Below, piece by piece: positions 12,154-26,400 of a stretch of 64,000 nt of DNA (position 1 is the first letter of the stretch; each line of letters begins with the position of its first letter). The position numbers and the translations under genes are program-made. Source of the stretch: Macrostomum lignano (Eukaryota); contig NIVC01003210.1 in assembly GCA_002269645.1 (NCBI GenBank), forward strand, positions 47,167-111,166. The letters run 5' to 3'. A model generated the notes under the pieces. The model made no database searches. It saw only the letters and a list, made by a program, of their open reading frames with translations, and had not been told where the DNA came from.

Positions 12154-15100
12154 TCAAATCCAACGGCTTCCCATCTGCAGCTTGGAGCCGAACAGGCTGC
12201 TGACGAGCGTCAGGTTCTGAGAGTAGAGCATCGATCCTTGACCGTCGTAGACTGCGCCAGACTTTTTCATGTCATGCTTAGCGACTACAGGCTGGGTCTT
12301 GTCGATGATCGGGTCCAGGTTGTTTATGTCGGCGCAGTACCTGGGCGTGTTGGTTTCAAGTGGAATGATGGAGACTTAGATAGTTGGTCACACGGGAGGA
12401 GACCTGTGTGCTGCGCTACAAATAATTAAGAGCGACAGTCGACCCAGAGCCAGCAAGAGCTGGAGCCTATTCTGTTGATTCCTGAGCACATGCAAGCGCC
12501 AATACATGCAAAGGCACGCACTCACACATTCTCACACAGGGTGCACAGCGGCGTTGACTTTCTAATCGTCAAGCAAGTACACTCTCTGTGCTTTGGGGAA
12601 ATCGCACGGCAATCCCCGTCTAATTTTCGTGAACAAGCCCCAAATTAATGTTGGCTGCGGACAGAACTAAACCAGGGGGGTCGTGGCCAGAAGCTTGAAG
12701 CATGAACCCACAGAGTCAAACAGAGTCAGACTTATTGTACTCCAGTACAATTCAGAGTCCTTTTAACTGATTGGAAGGCTGGATTTCTATCCAATTCGTT
12801 ACGGATGAAAAGCTTAGGGTGAGTAAATTTCTAATTAAAAATCTAATCAAATGCTTTAGCCTGTCGAAAAGTTCCTAAGTCTCGTCGAAATGGGTACTTG
12901 TAATGAGAGGTCTATCCAGTCTCTTCAGAACCTTGAAAATTCAGTTCGTTACTATACTGTAGGCAAGAAACTACTAGTTCGACTTAGGATTAGAAATTCA
13001 AGAAATTGGACGATTTCATGAAAACTTATTTGCTCCCTAACTTACAGTGAGTACCGATGCTGCTTTTCCGGCAAGCTCCGGCCCGCGGACCCGCAAAGCC
13101 TCTCTATCCAGCCCTCAGGTCCTTTGAAACTTTGCAATAGCAATCCGGCCCAATCAAAGTGGGTGTCTCTTCTTAGCTATCTTCTCTCACCTCACTCTTC
13201 TCCTCTCCTCTCATCTCCCTTTTCCACTCCCTTCTCCTTTCCCTTCTCTCCTCTCTCCTCTCTCATCTCCTATTTGATCTCTCCTCTCATCTCGTCTCCT
13301 CTCTTTTTCTTTATTCCCTCGCCTTTCCTTTCCTTTAATTCTCTTCTCTATTCCCTCTCCTCTCCCCCCTCCTCTGGTTCGCAGTCATGCGCTTAGTTGT
13401 CATCTGGCCCTGGAGGAAAAAAAGTTTGTCAAGCCCTGAATTAACTAAGACAGGCAGCACAATGCACAGCAACCCCTGCTCACTGTCGCAGTTGCTCAGC
13501 CCAGCTAGGATTCGATCTTTTGCAGTAATAAGTCAACGATTCCTGTCGCTGACCCAAATAGATGCTGCCAGTTGTGTTCATTCGGTTGTTCTCGTAGGGA
13601 TAGAAGCTGTACGATGGTGGGATGTAGACAGTCTCCAGTGGACTGTTGGCCACGGTAAAGGCATCCGCGTAGCGTCTTAGTATCCCAGTGAGGCCCAGTG
13701 GTCCAGCAAAAGTTAACGGCTCGCCAGCGGTAAACGCCTTCGTCCGCAGCTCGTTAACGCAGTGGCGATAGAAGTTGTGACCCGGCGCGGCCATCAGGAA
13801 GGCCGGGCTAGGCATGATTTTCAGGGGCCACCGACCGTCGATGCCGTAGAATTGCAGCGAGTGAACCTCAGGCTCGCGGGTCACCACAGCGTAGAAGCGA
13901 CGGTGGTCGTCCAGTCTGGCAGTCAGACTGTAGTCCAGGTCTGCGTACACGCCTCCGTACTGCAGCAAGTGTGGGTCATAGATCTTATATTCCCTAGATG
14001 GGTCACTCTCAATGCATTCAATAGGAAAAGACCGACACCGATTTAGGGAATATAAGATCTATGGTGTGGGCACAGATATAATACTAAAATAACTAGATTA
14101 AGCCACTCAGGCATACATGCTTAGTAAAACAGCTTCCTACTTTCAGTTCAGTAGTCGAGAAGAATACATAAGCTATATCATAAAAATAAAGGCAGCTGAA
14201 ATGACTTTGATAAGTTTAGAAACCCAATCTGGCAGGCGTAAACAATTTGCTAATTGGTTCAGCCAGAATGTACATTGGCCAGTCCACTGAAATGTACATG
14301 GTAGCTTTAGGCGGGAATTCTGAGAAAGGCAATAAAAATTGGGGCGGGGCGGGTGGGGGTTTGTGTGGAAAGGCGCGATTGGAGGGTCTAACCTGAGGGG
14401 GCAAGAGCTAATAAATGAGCCTTGGCTTTAAAGTACATTAAAATGCTTCTACCTAACCTACTACTGAACTGAAAGTAGATTACACGCAAATGTGCTGAGT
14501 GGCCCATCTAGCTGTTCTAGTGTCTGTGGCTGTGAGTAGCAGTCAAGCTGCATCTGTTTTTAGAATTGAATTTGCTTTCGGTGTAAATATTCTGTGTACA
14601 GTATGGAAAACTCTTGGACTGGGGACTCTATAGGATTGGGACTGGGCCATATTGTAGAGACCATCAGTAATTGACTGACTGATTATTTCAATAGAAGCAC
14701 GAAGCCAAATAGCCCACTCAGGAACAAATCACTATCGATGCAGCGTAGCCAAATGTATCTTCGTTCGTATTTTAGATGCTAAATCTGTCACTAAGCTATT
14801 ATTGGACTAAGCCATTAGTGTACCGTACCCATATTTAGCAGCTAGGTGTAGAATAATAACTGATTACACCTGCCCCAGGGGGCAAATGTGCAACCGACAG
14901 CTCAGCCGCAGCGATTGCGCGACGCATCTGAAGGCTTCCTACGGCTGTTCAGTCCAAGGACTGGAAGTCGCCACACAAACCCTCAATTACCCCAGCTAAT
15001 GCTGGCACCCATTTTACAGCTGGGCGAACTGTAGCAATGCAGAGTTAAGTGTCTTGCTCAAGGACACAAATTGATCAAGTCCCAGTCGTGAGTCCGAGGC

Positions 15101-16146
15101 TCAAACCACTTGGCAGCAGCCACTTCTTACTAGAAGGGCAGAAGAACAAGCAACGGGACGGGCTAAAACTACATATTATGACCAGTTGTTTTGTGCTAAC
15201 TTCTGTGGCTGCCACAGGATTCAAAACTTCTATTTCTGACCAATTTTGATTCCTTTTTAACCCGACCAATAAAGTACATTTCTATTGACTATGTAGGTAA
15301 GACTTTAGAGGAGGGCTAAGGAGAGACAGATGTGATATGGGGAAAGAATAGCTGCCCCAGCGAGTGGAGCAAGAAGAGAAGAACAAAAGCAGCAATTATT
15401 CTCGTATGAGTGAGCAAACATCACAGTTTGCCTGAGGGACCGCTCTCTCAATGCCGCTTTTCTGTGGGATAAAACTGCAACTAAGTAGGCAATTTTAGAA
15501 GCAATAAGTTCTCCTAATGTGCCACTAAAAGTAAATTTCTAATCATAATAAATACTATTTCAATAACTTACGACTTAAAGGCCAAACATATTTTAAATTT
15601 TTGTCTTAATTACCTGCTTATCCTCACCTTGAACAGCAGCATGTACCTGATCATGTCCACCTGCATGATTGGATGCGACGCCAATTCCATGAAACGCGGC
15701 AGAGCTTCGGGAAAATGCTTCTTCACAAACGGCTGCAGATCCTGGTCACGCCAAAGCACCACAGTCCAGTCTGGGTGAACCCGACGCCAGGTTTTCAGTT
15801 GCTCAGCGAAATAGGCGGACACGGATTCATTTATCCATAACAGGTGTCGAATAGGAGGAATGGGATGGCCATCTACCCGATGCGAACTGCTGGCCAGCGG
15901 CAGGTGCTTGAGGTAGGCAGCCTTGCAGTCGAGATCCTGGCACACTGTGGGCAGCTGTACATCCTTGCTGATCATCTTCAGGAGCGAAGTGGAGTTGTTG
16001 CTACAGTAAAATGATACAGACGACGAAAAAAACTCAGTTCCTGCTCTATTAGAAGAACAAAACAGCCAAAAAAATAGTGGACAGGTAAGGCTTGTGACAG
16101 TTGCTAGTTGCAATACGCGTAGAAGCTTGATCTGGCACTGGACCAT
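12154..16146 (-). CDS. GT32 (SUR1/OCH1-like) glycosyltransferase copy 2, 3 exons (15628-16146, 13484-13959, 12154-12340), ~393 aa
   Basis: Same exon structure and phases as copy 1; VDMIRYMLLFK|YGGVYADLD; terminal exon YCADINNLDPIIDKTQP...KLQMGSRWI*. Confidence 0.9.
14851..15125 (-). mobile_element. CORE-type SINE copy (head partly deleted) in GT32 copy 2 intron 1
   Basis: Reverse complement aligns to 4804-5115 over the core and tail; B box region missing. Confidence 0.8.
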
Positions 16147-16584
16147 TGTGCATCGTCTGTAGACAGAACGCTTGCTATTAAGAAAAATTTCGACTTGAAT
16201 GTTTGAATTTTAGCATGAGAATGATTGCTTAGTTTTCAACTTGAGCTGAGTATATACAAGCGTATATCTATAGCGCCATAGGCTAAAAAATCATGCACTG
16301 GCTGCCTCCCCTTTGCTTCCCCAGTTGGTTGGCGGGATCGTCGGGCTATGCGCGTACATTCAAGCCGTGAGGGAAATCGGGTTCCACGTCTGCCGTGGAG
16401 TTGCAGCAGCCAATAAAACTCAATCCTAGACTAGACAGAGAGGAGATTTGCTTTTTCTCCCAAAATCCTACTTGCGTTTTTACAGATTCCTAAGCCCAGG
16501 CAATGTTAAAGCTACATCCAGATCCACCTCACTGAAAGAAACCAAGGAAATACTGCTTAGTGAGACTGAAAAAAAGTTCGACAA

Positions 16585-16978
<394 letters not shown>

Positions 16979-17402
16979 AGTCAGTGGAATGGACAGAATT
17001 GCTGGAAATGGCTGTAAGAGCTAGGACGATGTCCACTACAAGTTCAAGCTGATTTTTCAAGGGGCCCGCAGCAGTTATGTGTTAAAATATTATCATTAAT
17101 TTTATTACGTACTATTACGTAGTATTATTAGCCTCCACAGTCTAGTGTGTAGTTTTTCTATAAAAAAAACAGATAAAATGTTTAATGTATAAAAACTTCA
17201 GGTGCCCAGTTTTGCACAAAAGCTCACACTGGCATGCTTATATTGCTTTATAATTACAGGTGAGGGTAGAGAGTATATTGCAAAACTGAAACATATGCAT
17301 ATTGCTTCGATCTGGGCTGGTGTCAAATTAGTTACTTTTCACTTTCACAGCGCCTTCCTGTTCATTAGCATCTGCCAAGTAGTTCAAATCTTGTTGAAGC
17401 GA

Positions 17403-20400
17403 TCAAATCCACTCCACTCCAATCTGTAGTTTTGAACCAAACACCTTTCTGAGATGCGTCAGATTCTGGAAGTAGAGGCTTGTTCCCACACCACCGTAAA
17501 CTGCGCCAATCTTTTTTAGGTCGTGCACGGCGATCACGGGTTGCGTCTTGTCAGTGACTGGGTCCATGTTATTCGGGTCAGTGCAGTACCTTGGGTGATG
17601 ACGATTCTTCATTAAGATAGTTTGCAGAAGCTAGTGAGGGTTAATTGTAGCCTAGTGCGAGGCCTGTACGCGAGACTTAACTCTGCATTGCTTCAATTCA
17701 CCAGCTGTAAAATGGGTGCCAGCATTAGCTGGGGTAATTGAGGGTGTGTGGTGACCCCCCAGGCCTTGGACTGAACAGCCGTACGCAGCCTTCAAGCAAG
17801 AGCTGCGGCTGAGCTACCGGCTGCACATCTGGCCATTATGGCAGGTGTAATCAATTGTTATTATTAAGTTATCTAACTGAAGTTGCTAAAACGTTTTCGT
17901 AAAAGTCTATGCGCTTTGTATGACTGCATATAAAGCAGAAATTTTTTAAGATAAGAGCACCAACTTTATAAAACCTACTCCAGAAACAAATCTAAAACCT
18001 ACTCAAGCACCAACTCTAAAACCTACTCAAGCACCAATTCTAAAATCTACTCAAGCACCAATTCTAAAACCTACTAGTTTAGAAACTCATCGAATACCAA
18101 AAACAGCCATAAATTCCTTTCTCACTTTTGCAGCCGCTCAGGCCAAGTTCGATTGACTCGTTTGCAAGAATTGCTCAGCGAATGCAGTCGCAGAGGCAGA
18201 TAGGCGCTGTCCGACGTGTTTAACTTGTTGCCCTCATAGGGATAGAAGCTGTACGATGGCGGGATGTACACAGTCTCCAGTGGACTGTTGGCCACAGGAA
18301 ATGCGGCATTGTACCGCTCCAGTATTGCAGTCAGGCCAAATGGGCCGGCAAAGCTAAGCGGGCTGCCCCTGGCGAAGGGCACCGTCCGAAGCTCGTTGAT
18401 GCAGTGCCGATAGAAGCTGTGCCCGGGAGCGGCCATCAGGAAGGCCGGATTGGCCAATATTCTTGGAGGCCACTGGAATTTGAAATACTGCAGCGAGTGG
18501 GCTTCGGGCTCGCGGGTCACCACGGCGTAGAAGCGACGGTGGTCGTCCAGACTGGCAATCAGACTGTAGTCCAGGTCTGCGTACACGCCTCCGTACTGCA
18601 AGTAGGAGAGCCAGTTTATATTATGGTAAATTTGATAAAATATTTTTGATAAAAATACGGTAGGCTTGAGCAACTCTCTTGAAAATAGCCAAATATCAGA
18701 GGTTGCAATTGTTCGTTTTCTGTCGAAAGCTACATGTACTGCTCTGTGTATAGTCTACCGTCTTTTTAGCACAAAAATTTCATTTAATTTAGTAAGCCTT
18801 AAACAAATGCTGGTTTTGATGAGGACGCACCTTTTTCAATCTTGGAACCGCACATTTTGCTTCGATACGCTTTTCCTCTACTGTCAGTAGGCTAGCTTAG
18901 GGATTTTTCTCCATTCTCTCATCTAGTCTAAGTTCTATATTAATTTATGCCTTTACTATTAATTTTCCTAGGAACTCAATGTACTTCGCTTAAGATCCTA
19001 ATTTTGGATTGTTTACGCACCTTTGAAGGTCAGACTGTCTGGGTCTGAGACGGATTGACCTCCAACAGTCTAGACAGGCGACACTAAGTCTGGGAGAAGT
19101 GTTTTCTGACCCCCTGATTTGTGGATTTCTCACTGTTTCCCGTGATTTATGGCCGTCTAGCTGTCACTTTTGGCGCCAGCCTGTCTGGGTCGAAGAGGTC
19201 CTTCCAGCTTTCTCCCCACTCACTCTGTTACTTTCTCCTTTGATTTATGGGCGTTTTGCTGTCACTTTTGGCGCCAGAATGTCTAGACAAGGGGCTTTTA
19301 TTGCGTTTTTTTCATGATTTATGACCGCACCTGTCAACTCCCCCGGGGGTCCGAAGGCCACCTGGTGGGGTGGGTTTTGGGGTCTTGAGCCCAGCCAATC
19401 AGAGTCGACCTGACTGCCTCCGGCTCAGCCATTCAGAAAATTCGGCGCCTACATTATTTTAACAAAAGCTCTCAGCCAATCGGAAAATTCGGCGTGCGTT
19501 ATAACAAATCGGCCGCGTGAGAGCTATAAAAGGCGGCAACTCGACCCGCGCTCAAAAAGGCCGGTGTTTTTCCGCTTTTAGCGCTGTTGGAGGAGTGGAG
19601 TTTGCCCTGCTGCGGGACGTCCTCTTCTGGTCCTGCCTGATCCCCCTTTCCCCGGCAGTTTCGGCTTTAACAGCTAAGGTCCCCCTGAGAAGCATCATCA
19701 ATATCTCCCGGCAGTGATCTAAGAGCAGCAACGACTTTCGGCAAGCGAAGAGCAGCGGCGGCAATCGTCAGTCAAGACCGGCAACAGCATCCAATCTGAA
19801 CGCTTCGATCTCTGTGGATTCCTTGGCCACCGGCAGATAGGTCCTCTGATTGGTTTGGTGAGAGGCTTTCTTGACCTGCTTAACTGGGTGCATCCTTTGT
19901 CTGACCCCTTCCTAGGTAGTCTGATAGGATTTGCACTTTTGCTTACTTGTTTTTGTGTGCCAATCGCGAGGCAGAAGTGTCAGTTAATATTAAAAGTAGC
20001 CATTCGCTCTAACTCAATCTAAAGTGTTTAGGATTGTGGATTAAGTGAGAAAGTTAAATCTGGAAGTTAAAGACTTAGCGTTTTCTTTCTTTTTCGCAAT
20101 GCCAGCTGAGATGAGTGGCTAAATCTAGAGGCAGAGGTCACGGTGGACCGGAAGCGGCACAGTTCCCAGTCAATCAGTCGATCTAAGAAATCATTATGTT
20201 AAGCATGCGAATTAAGTGTCAGACTGGCGCTTTGGCGCGTTAACAGGCAGTTAAGCGGCTAAAGTAAGTTAAATATTAGTCTAAAGATCTCCGAAAGTGA
20301 CAATGCATCTACATCATCGCTATCTGTCGGCGTGTTAACACATTTAGTGCCAAAAGCGTGCAGTTACGTGTACTTGTACATGTACTTCTGGGAATTTGGT

Positions 20401-23400
20401 AATGAAATAGTACATTTAGTAGTGTATAGAGGCTCGCCAGCGCAAGAACCCCCTGCAGAAGTCCTCTCTGTCCCTGCATGGCCAATGCGATCTTAGTCCC
20501 AGCAGCGTCCTTTCTATTCGGCTATGACTTCGAGATAGACAGCTAAAAGACACTAGATGGCAGGTAAGTGCAGTGCCCCTCTAGTCGGAAGTCCGATTTC
20601 GATAGCTCCGGTTTGGTGAGCCGGGGCGCACGGACTGGTGGCAGCGAGTTAGTTGACCCGCGGGTTAGCTAATTTCTACCTTTCAAATTCTCCCTGCTTG
20701 TCTCTCGATGTCTTCTCTTAGCTATAGGACCTTGCTGCTCGCCCACAATCTAGCTACCATGGGGCTGACCATCTGACAGGAGTGAGAGGCCAGAGTTCTA
20801 AGTGATTCATTTCTTAATTCTGAGGCCCGAAGCTATAGGCTTAAAAAGGCCGAACTCATCAGTTTCTTAAATACCATCCAGTAGGGGTTGGACGATATTC
20901 AATTTTCGAGATATTTGAGATTCGATATTTTTGACGATAGGATACGGGATTCGAGATATCTAAAAAAATTCAAAAAAAGACAGAGTCCAATCTAAATATA
21001 CTAAATCTTCCAATATACTAAAAATGAAATGTCTGTAATATGTATGTATGTGGGTAGGTATGCGATAGATTTCAGAAAAATTGGCTCAACCAATTTTCTT
21101 CAAACTTGCACCATTCGATCAGAAATTTTCCTGGGACAGTACATGCATCTTGGCTAAGAAATTGCTCAATGTTAAAGGGATTAAATATTCGAAAAGCATG
21201 CTTTTTTGCAAAGGTCAAGCAGCTCTTTCGACCTGAAATGCATTGTAAGAATGCTAGAGAAAAAACTGACTGACTGAATTCCGATTGTGATAAAGATTGC
21301 ATCACAACAAGTTGAAAACAGTGCCGAAGAAATGCACACACGACATGATTTAAATTGCGTAACCATATTGCTAACTTGAAGTGAGACTGATACTGGCTGA
21401 CTGAGAAATTGATTATGTCATAACTTTTTACTCCAATTGACTTGCTGTAAGAATTGAATTATAAGGGCCACAATTCATGTTCTTCAATTGAAAAGAGATA
21501 GCCCTGATGCGAACAGACTGGAATGCTAATGTAGCGACCTGGGTTCGAATCTTAGAAGCGCAAAATAATTTTTTATTAAAACACCTTGAAAACAAAAAAA
21601 AATGCTAAACATAAAAAAGCGCAATAAAAGAGCCACCATGTCAAACCTAAACGAGCCACCATGTCGAACATTAAAGAACCACCATGTCGAACATAAAAGA
21701 GCCACCATATCGAACATAAAAGAGTTACCATGTTAAAAATTAAAGAGCCACCATGTCAAACTTTAAAGAGCCACCATGTCGAACATAGAAGAGCCACCAT
21801 GTCAAACATAAAACCGACACCATTAAGAACACTAAAGAGCCACCATTTAAAACCTAAAGGAGCCACCATGTCGAACATTAAAGAGCCACAATGTCAAACA
21901 TTAAAGAGCCACCATTTCAAACCTAAAGGAGCCACCATGTCGAACATTAAAGAGCCACAATGTCAAACATTAAAGAGCCACCATTTCAAACCTAAAGGAG
22001 CCACCATGTCGAACTTTAAAGAGCAACCATGTCGAACATTCAATAGCCACCATGTCAAACATTAAAGAGCCACCATGTCGAACATTAAAGAGCCACCATG
22101 TCAAACATTAAAGAGCCACATTGTCAAGCATTAAAGACCTACCATTTCAAACCTAAAAGAGCCACCTTGTCAAACATTAAAGAGCCACCATGTCGAACAT
22201 TAAAGAGCCACCTTGTCAAATATTAAAGAGCCACCATTTCAAGCCTAAAGAAGCCACCATGTCGAACATACAAGAGCCACCATGTCAAACATAGAAAAGC
22301 CACCATGTTAAACATTAAAGAGCCACCATGTCAAACATTAAAGAGCCACCGTTTCAAACCTAAAAGAGCCACCATGTCGAACAATAAAAAGCCACCATGT
22401 CAAACATAAAAGAGCCACCATGTCAAACATAGAAAAGCCACCATGTCAAACATTAAAGAGTCACCATGTCAAACATTAAAGAGCCACAATGTCAAACATT
22501 AAAGAGCCACCATTTCAAACCTAAAGGAGCCACCATGTTAAAAATTAAAGAGCCACCATGTCGAACAATAAAGAGCCACCATGTCAAACATAAAACAGAC
22601 ACCATTAAGAACATTAAAGAGCCACCATGTCGAACATTAAAGAGCCACCATGTCAAACATAAAACAGCCACCATTTCGAAAATTAAGGAGCCACCATTTC
22701 GAAAATTAAAGAGCCGCCATGTTAAACATTAAAGGGCCACCTTGCCAAATATTAAAGAGCCAATATTTCAAACCTAAAGGAGCCACCATGTCGAACATAA
22801 AAGAGCCACCATATCGAACATAAAAGAGTCACCATGTTAAAAATTAAAGAGCCACCATGTCGAACATTAAAGAGCCACCATGTCAAACAAAAAAGCCACC
22901 ATTTCAAACATAAAAGAGCCAACATGAAGAACATTAAAGAGCCACCATGTCGACCATTAAAAGAGCCACTATGTCGAACATACAAGAGCCACCATGTCGA
23001 ACATAGAAAAGCCACCATGTCAAACATAGAAAAGCCACCATGGCAAACATTAAAGAGCCACCATGTCGAACATTAAAGAGCCACCATGTCGAACATAAAA
23101 GAGCCACCATATCAAACATAAAAGAGCCACCATGTCGAACATTTAAGAACCACCATGTCAAACATAAAATAGCCACCATGTGAAACATATAGGTGACTCC
23201 ATGTAAAACTTTAAAGAGCTACCATATCAGACATATACATGACTCCATGTCAAACATATACGTGACTCCATGTTAGACATTAAAGAGCCACCATGTCGAA
23301 CATTAAAGAGCCAACGTGTTAAAAATACAAGAGCCACCATGTCAAACATATTCATGACTCCATGTCAAACATTGAAGAGACACCATGTCGAACATAAAAG

Positions 23401-26400
23401 AGCCACCATGCAAAACATAAAAGAGCCACCATGTCTAACATTAAAGAGCCACTATGGCAAACATATCCATGACTCTATGTCGAACAATCAAGAGCCACCA
23501 TGTCAAACATATACATGACTCCATGTCAAACGTTAAAGAGACACCATGTCAAACATTAAAGAGCCACCATGTCAAACATTTAAGAGCCACCAGGTCAAAC
23601 ATGAAAGTGCCACCATGTCAAACATATACGTAACTCCATGTCAAACATTGAAGAGACCCCATGTCAAACATTAAAGAGCCACCACGTCGAACATAAAAGA
23701 GCCACCATGTAAAACATATACGTAACTCCATGTCAAACATTGAAGCGACACTATGTCGAACATAAAAGAGCCACCATGTCGAACATTAAAGAGCCACCAT
23801 GTCTAACATAAAAGAGCTACCACGTCGAACATTAAAAAGCCACCATGTTAAACATAAAAGAGCCATCATGTCAAACATATAAGTGACTTTATGTCGATCA
23901 TTAAAGAGCCACCATGTCTAACATTAAAGAGCCACCATGTCCAACATTAAAGAGCCACCATGTCAAAAATTAAAGAGCCACCATGTCTATCATTAAAGAG
24001 CCATCATGTCAAACATTAAAGATACACAATTTCAAACGTAAAAGTAAGCGAATTTTAAAGGAGCCGCTATAATGCTAAGGAAATTGTCGCACTAGCTACT
24101 TATTGTCTGGTGGATGCTTGCTATTTGGGGATGCTATCTATCTTGGGGATGCTATCTATCTTGGGGATGCTTGCTATCTGGGGGATGCTTGCTATCTGGG
24201 GGATGCTTGCTATCTGGGGGATGCTTGCTATCTGGGGGATGCTTGCTATCTGGGGGATGCTTGCTATCTGGGGATGCTTGCTATCTGGGGGATGCTTGCT
24301 ATCTGGGGGATGCTTGCTATCTGGGGGATGCTTGCTATCTGGGGGATGCTTGCTATCTGAGGGATGCTTGCTATCTTGGGGATGCTTGCTATCTTGGGGA
24401 TGCTTGCTATCTGGGGGATGCTTGCTATCTGGGGGATGCTTGCTATCTGGGGGATGCTTGCTATCTGGGGGATGCTTGCTATCTGGGGGATGCTTGCCAT
24501 CTTGGGGATGCTTGCAGTCTTGGGATGATTTCTTTTTGCAATGCACTTTATTTGAGCAGTTTGTCTGTTGTCTTTTTGAAGGATTTTTGGCTGTCTTTTT
24601 GTTACTTGTAGAAAACAGAGATTCTATCCAGATGTCCCCCATCGGGGGGCGAAGATTGCTAGTCCTATATACTAAAAATGGTCTGTCTGTGTCTATCTAT
24701 CTATGTGATCGATTAGAGAAAAAAAGGCTGGACCGATTTTGTTCGAACTTGCACTGTTCGATCAGAAATTTTCCCGTGACTGTACATGCATCGTGGCTAA
24801 GAAATTGCTCGATGCTAAAGGCATTAAATATTCGAAAAACATGCTTTTTTGCAAAGGTCAAGCAAACTTTTTGACTTGAAATGCATTGTAAGAATGCTAG
24901 AGAAAAAACTGACTGGTTGAATTCTGATTCTGAAATAGATTGCATCATAACTGAATTGTAACTCCGACTTGAATTGAAAATGCAGTGTGGAAGCGTAGCA
25001 CCAGACTTGATTTAAATTGCGTAACCATATTGTTAACTGATACTGACTGACTGAGAAACTGATTATGTCATAACTGCTTCGTGTGATTTACTCTATGCTT
25101 GGATTTTAAAGTGTTGAATTATATAAGTGCAAAATTTGATGTTATCAAAACGATGAGAGCTAGCCTAGAGGTGAAAAAACTGAACTGCTAAATGCCGAGA
25201 CGATGGTTCGAATTTTCATAGAGTATAATTTTTTAATTAAAGCTTTTCAACGTCAGGAAAACTAAAAGAATTTTTAAAAAGAAGCGTCATGTAAAAATCA
25301 TAGAAGCGTCATGTAAACAATCATAGAAGCGCCATGTAAACAATCATAGAAGCGTCATTTAAAAAATCATAGAAGCGTCATGTAAACAATCATAGAAGCG
25401 CCATGTAAAAAATCGTAGAAGCGTTATATAAAAATCATAGAAGCGTCATGTAAACAATCATAGAAGCGTCATGTAAACAATCATAGAAGCGTCATTTAAA
25501 AAATCATAGAAGCGTCATGTAAAAATTCATAGAAGCGTCATGTAAACAATCATAGAAGCGTCATGTAAAAAATCATAGAAGCGTCATGTAAACAATCATA
25601 GAAGTGTCATGTAAAAAATCATAGAAGCGTCATTTAAAAAAATTATAGAAGCGTCATGTAAACAATCATAGAAGCGTCATGTAAACAATCATAGAAGCGT
25701 CATTTTAAAAATCATAGAAGCGTCATGTAAAAATCACAAAAGCGTGATGTAAACAATCATAGAAGCGTCATGTAAAAAATCGTAGCAGCGTCATGAAAAA
25801 ATCATAGAAGCGTCATTTAAAAAATCATAGAAGCGTCATGTAAAAAATCATAGAAGCGCTATGTAAACAATCATAGAAGCGTCATGTAAACAATCATAGA
25901 AGCGTCATGTAAAAATTCATAGAAGCGTCATGTAAACAATCATAGAAGCGTCATGTAAACAATCAAAGAAGCGTCATGTAAACAATCATAGAAGCGTCAT
26001 GTAAACAATCATAGAAGCGTCAAGTAAAAAATAATACAAGCCTCATTTAAAAATCATAGAAGCGTCATGTAAACAATCATAGAAGCGCCATGTAAAAAAT
26101 CGTAGAAGCGTCATATAAAAATCATAGAAGCGTCATTTAAAAAATCATAGAAGCGTCATGTAAAAAATCATAGAAGCCTCATTTAAAAATCATAGAAGCG
26201 TCATGTAAAAATTCATAGAAGCGTCATGTAAACAATCATAGAAGCCTCATTTAAAAATCATAGAAGCGTCATGTAAAAATTCATAGAAGCGTCATGTAAA
26301 CAATCATAGAAGCGCCATGTAAAAAATCGTAGAAGCGTCATGTAAAAATTCATAGAAGCGTCATGTAAACAATCATAGAAGCGTCATGTAAAAAATCATA

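Larger units (their letters stand above)
21006..24662 (+). mobile_element. Non-autonomous Helitron unit A (3.66 kb)
   Basis: 5' TC...AATATACTAAAAATG head with GTCTGT and AACC(A/G)ATTTT motifs; 3' ccccc-atc-ggggg hairpin then GATTGCTAG. Confidence 0.8.

Noticed and set aside
14340-14400. GC-box/CCAAT cluster in GT32 copy 2 intron 1 as an internal promoter
   Set aside because: Short G-rich motifs only, with no supporting downstream feature
19000-20870. LTR retrotransposon
   Set aside because: Promoter-like and contains tggcgcc words, but there is no second LTR, no convincing PBS/PPT and no gag/pol ORF in the window
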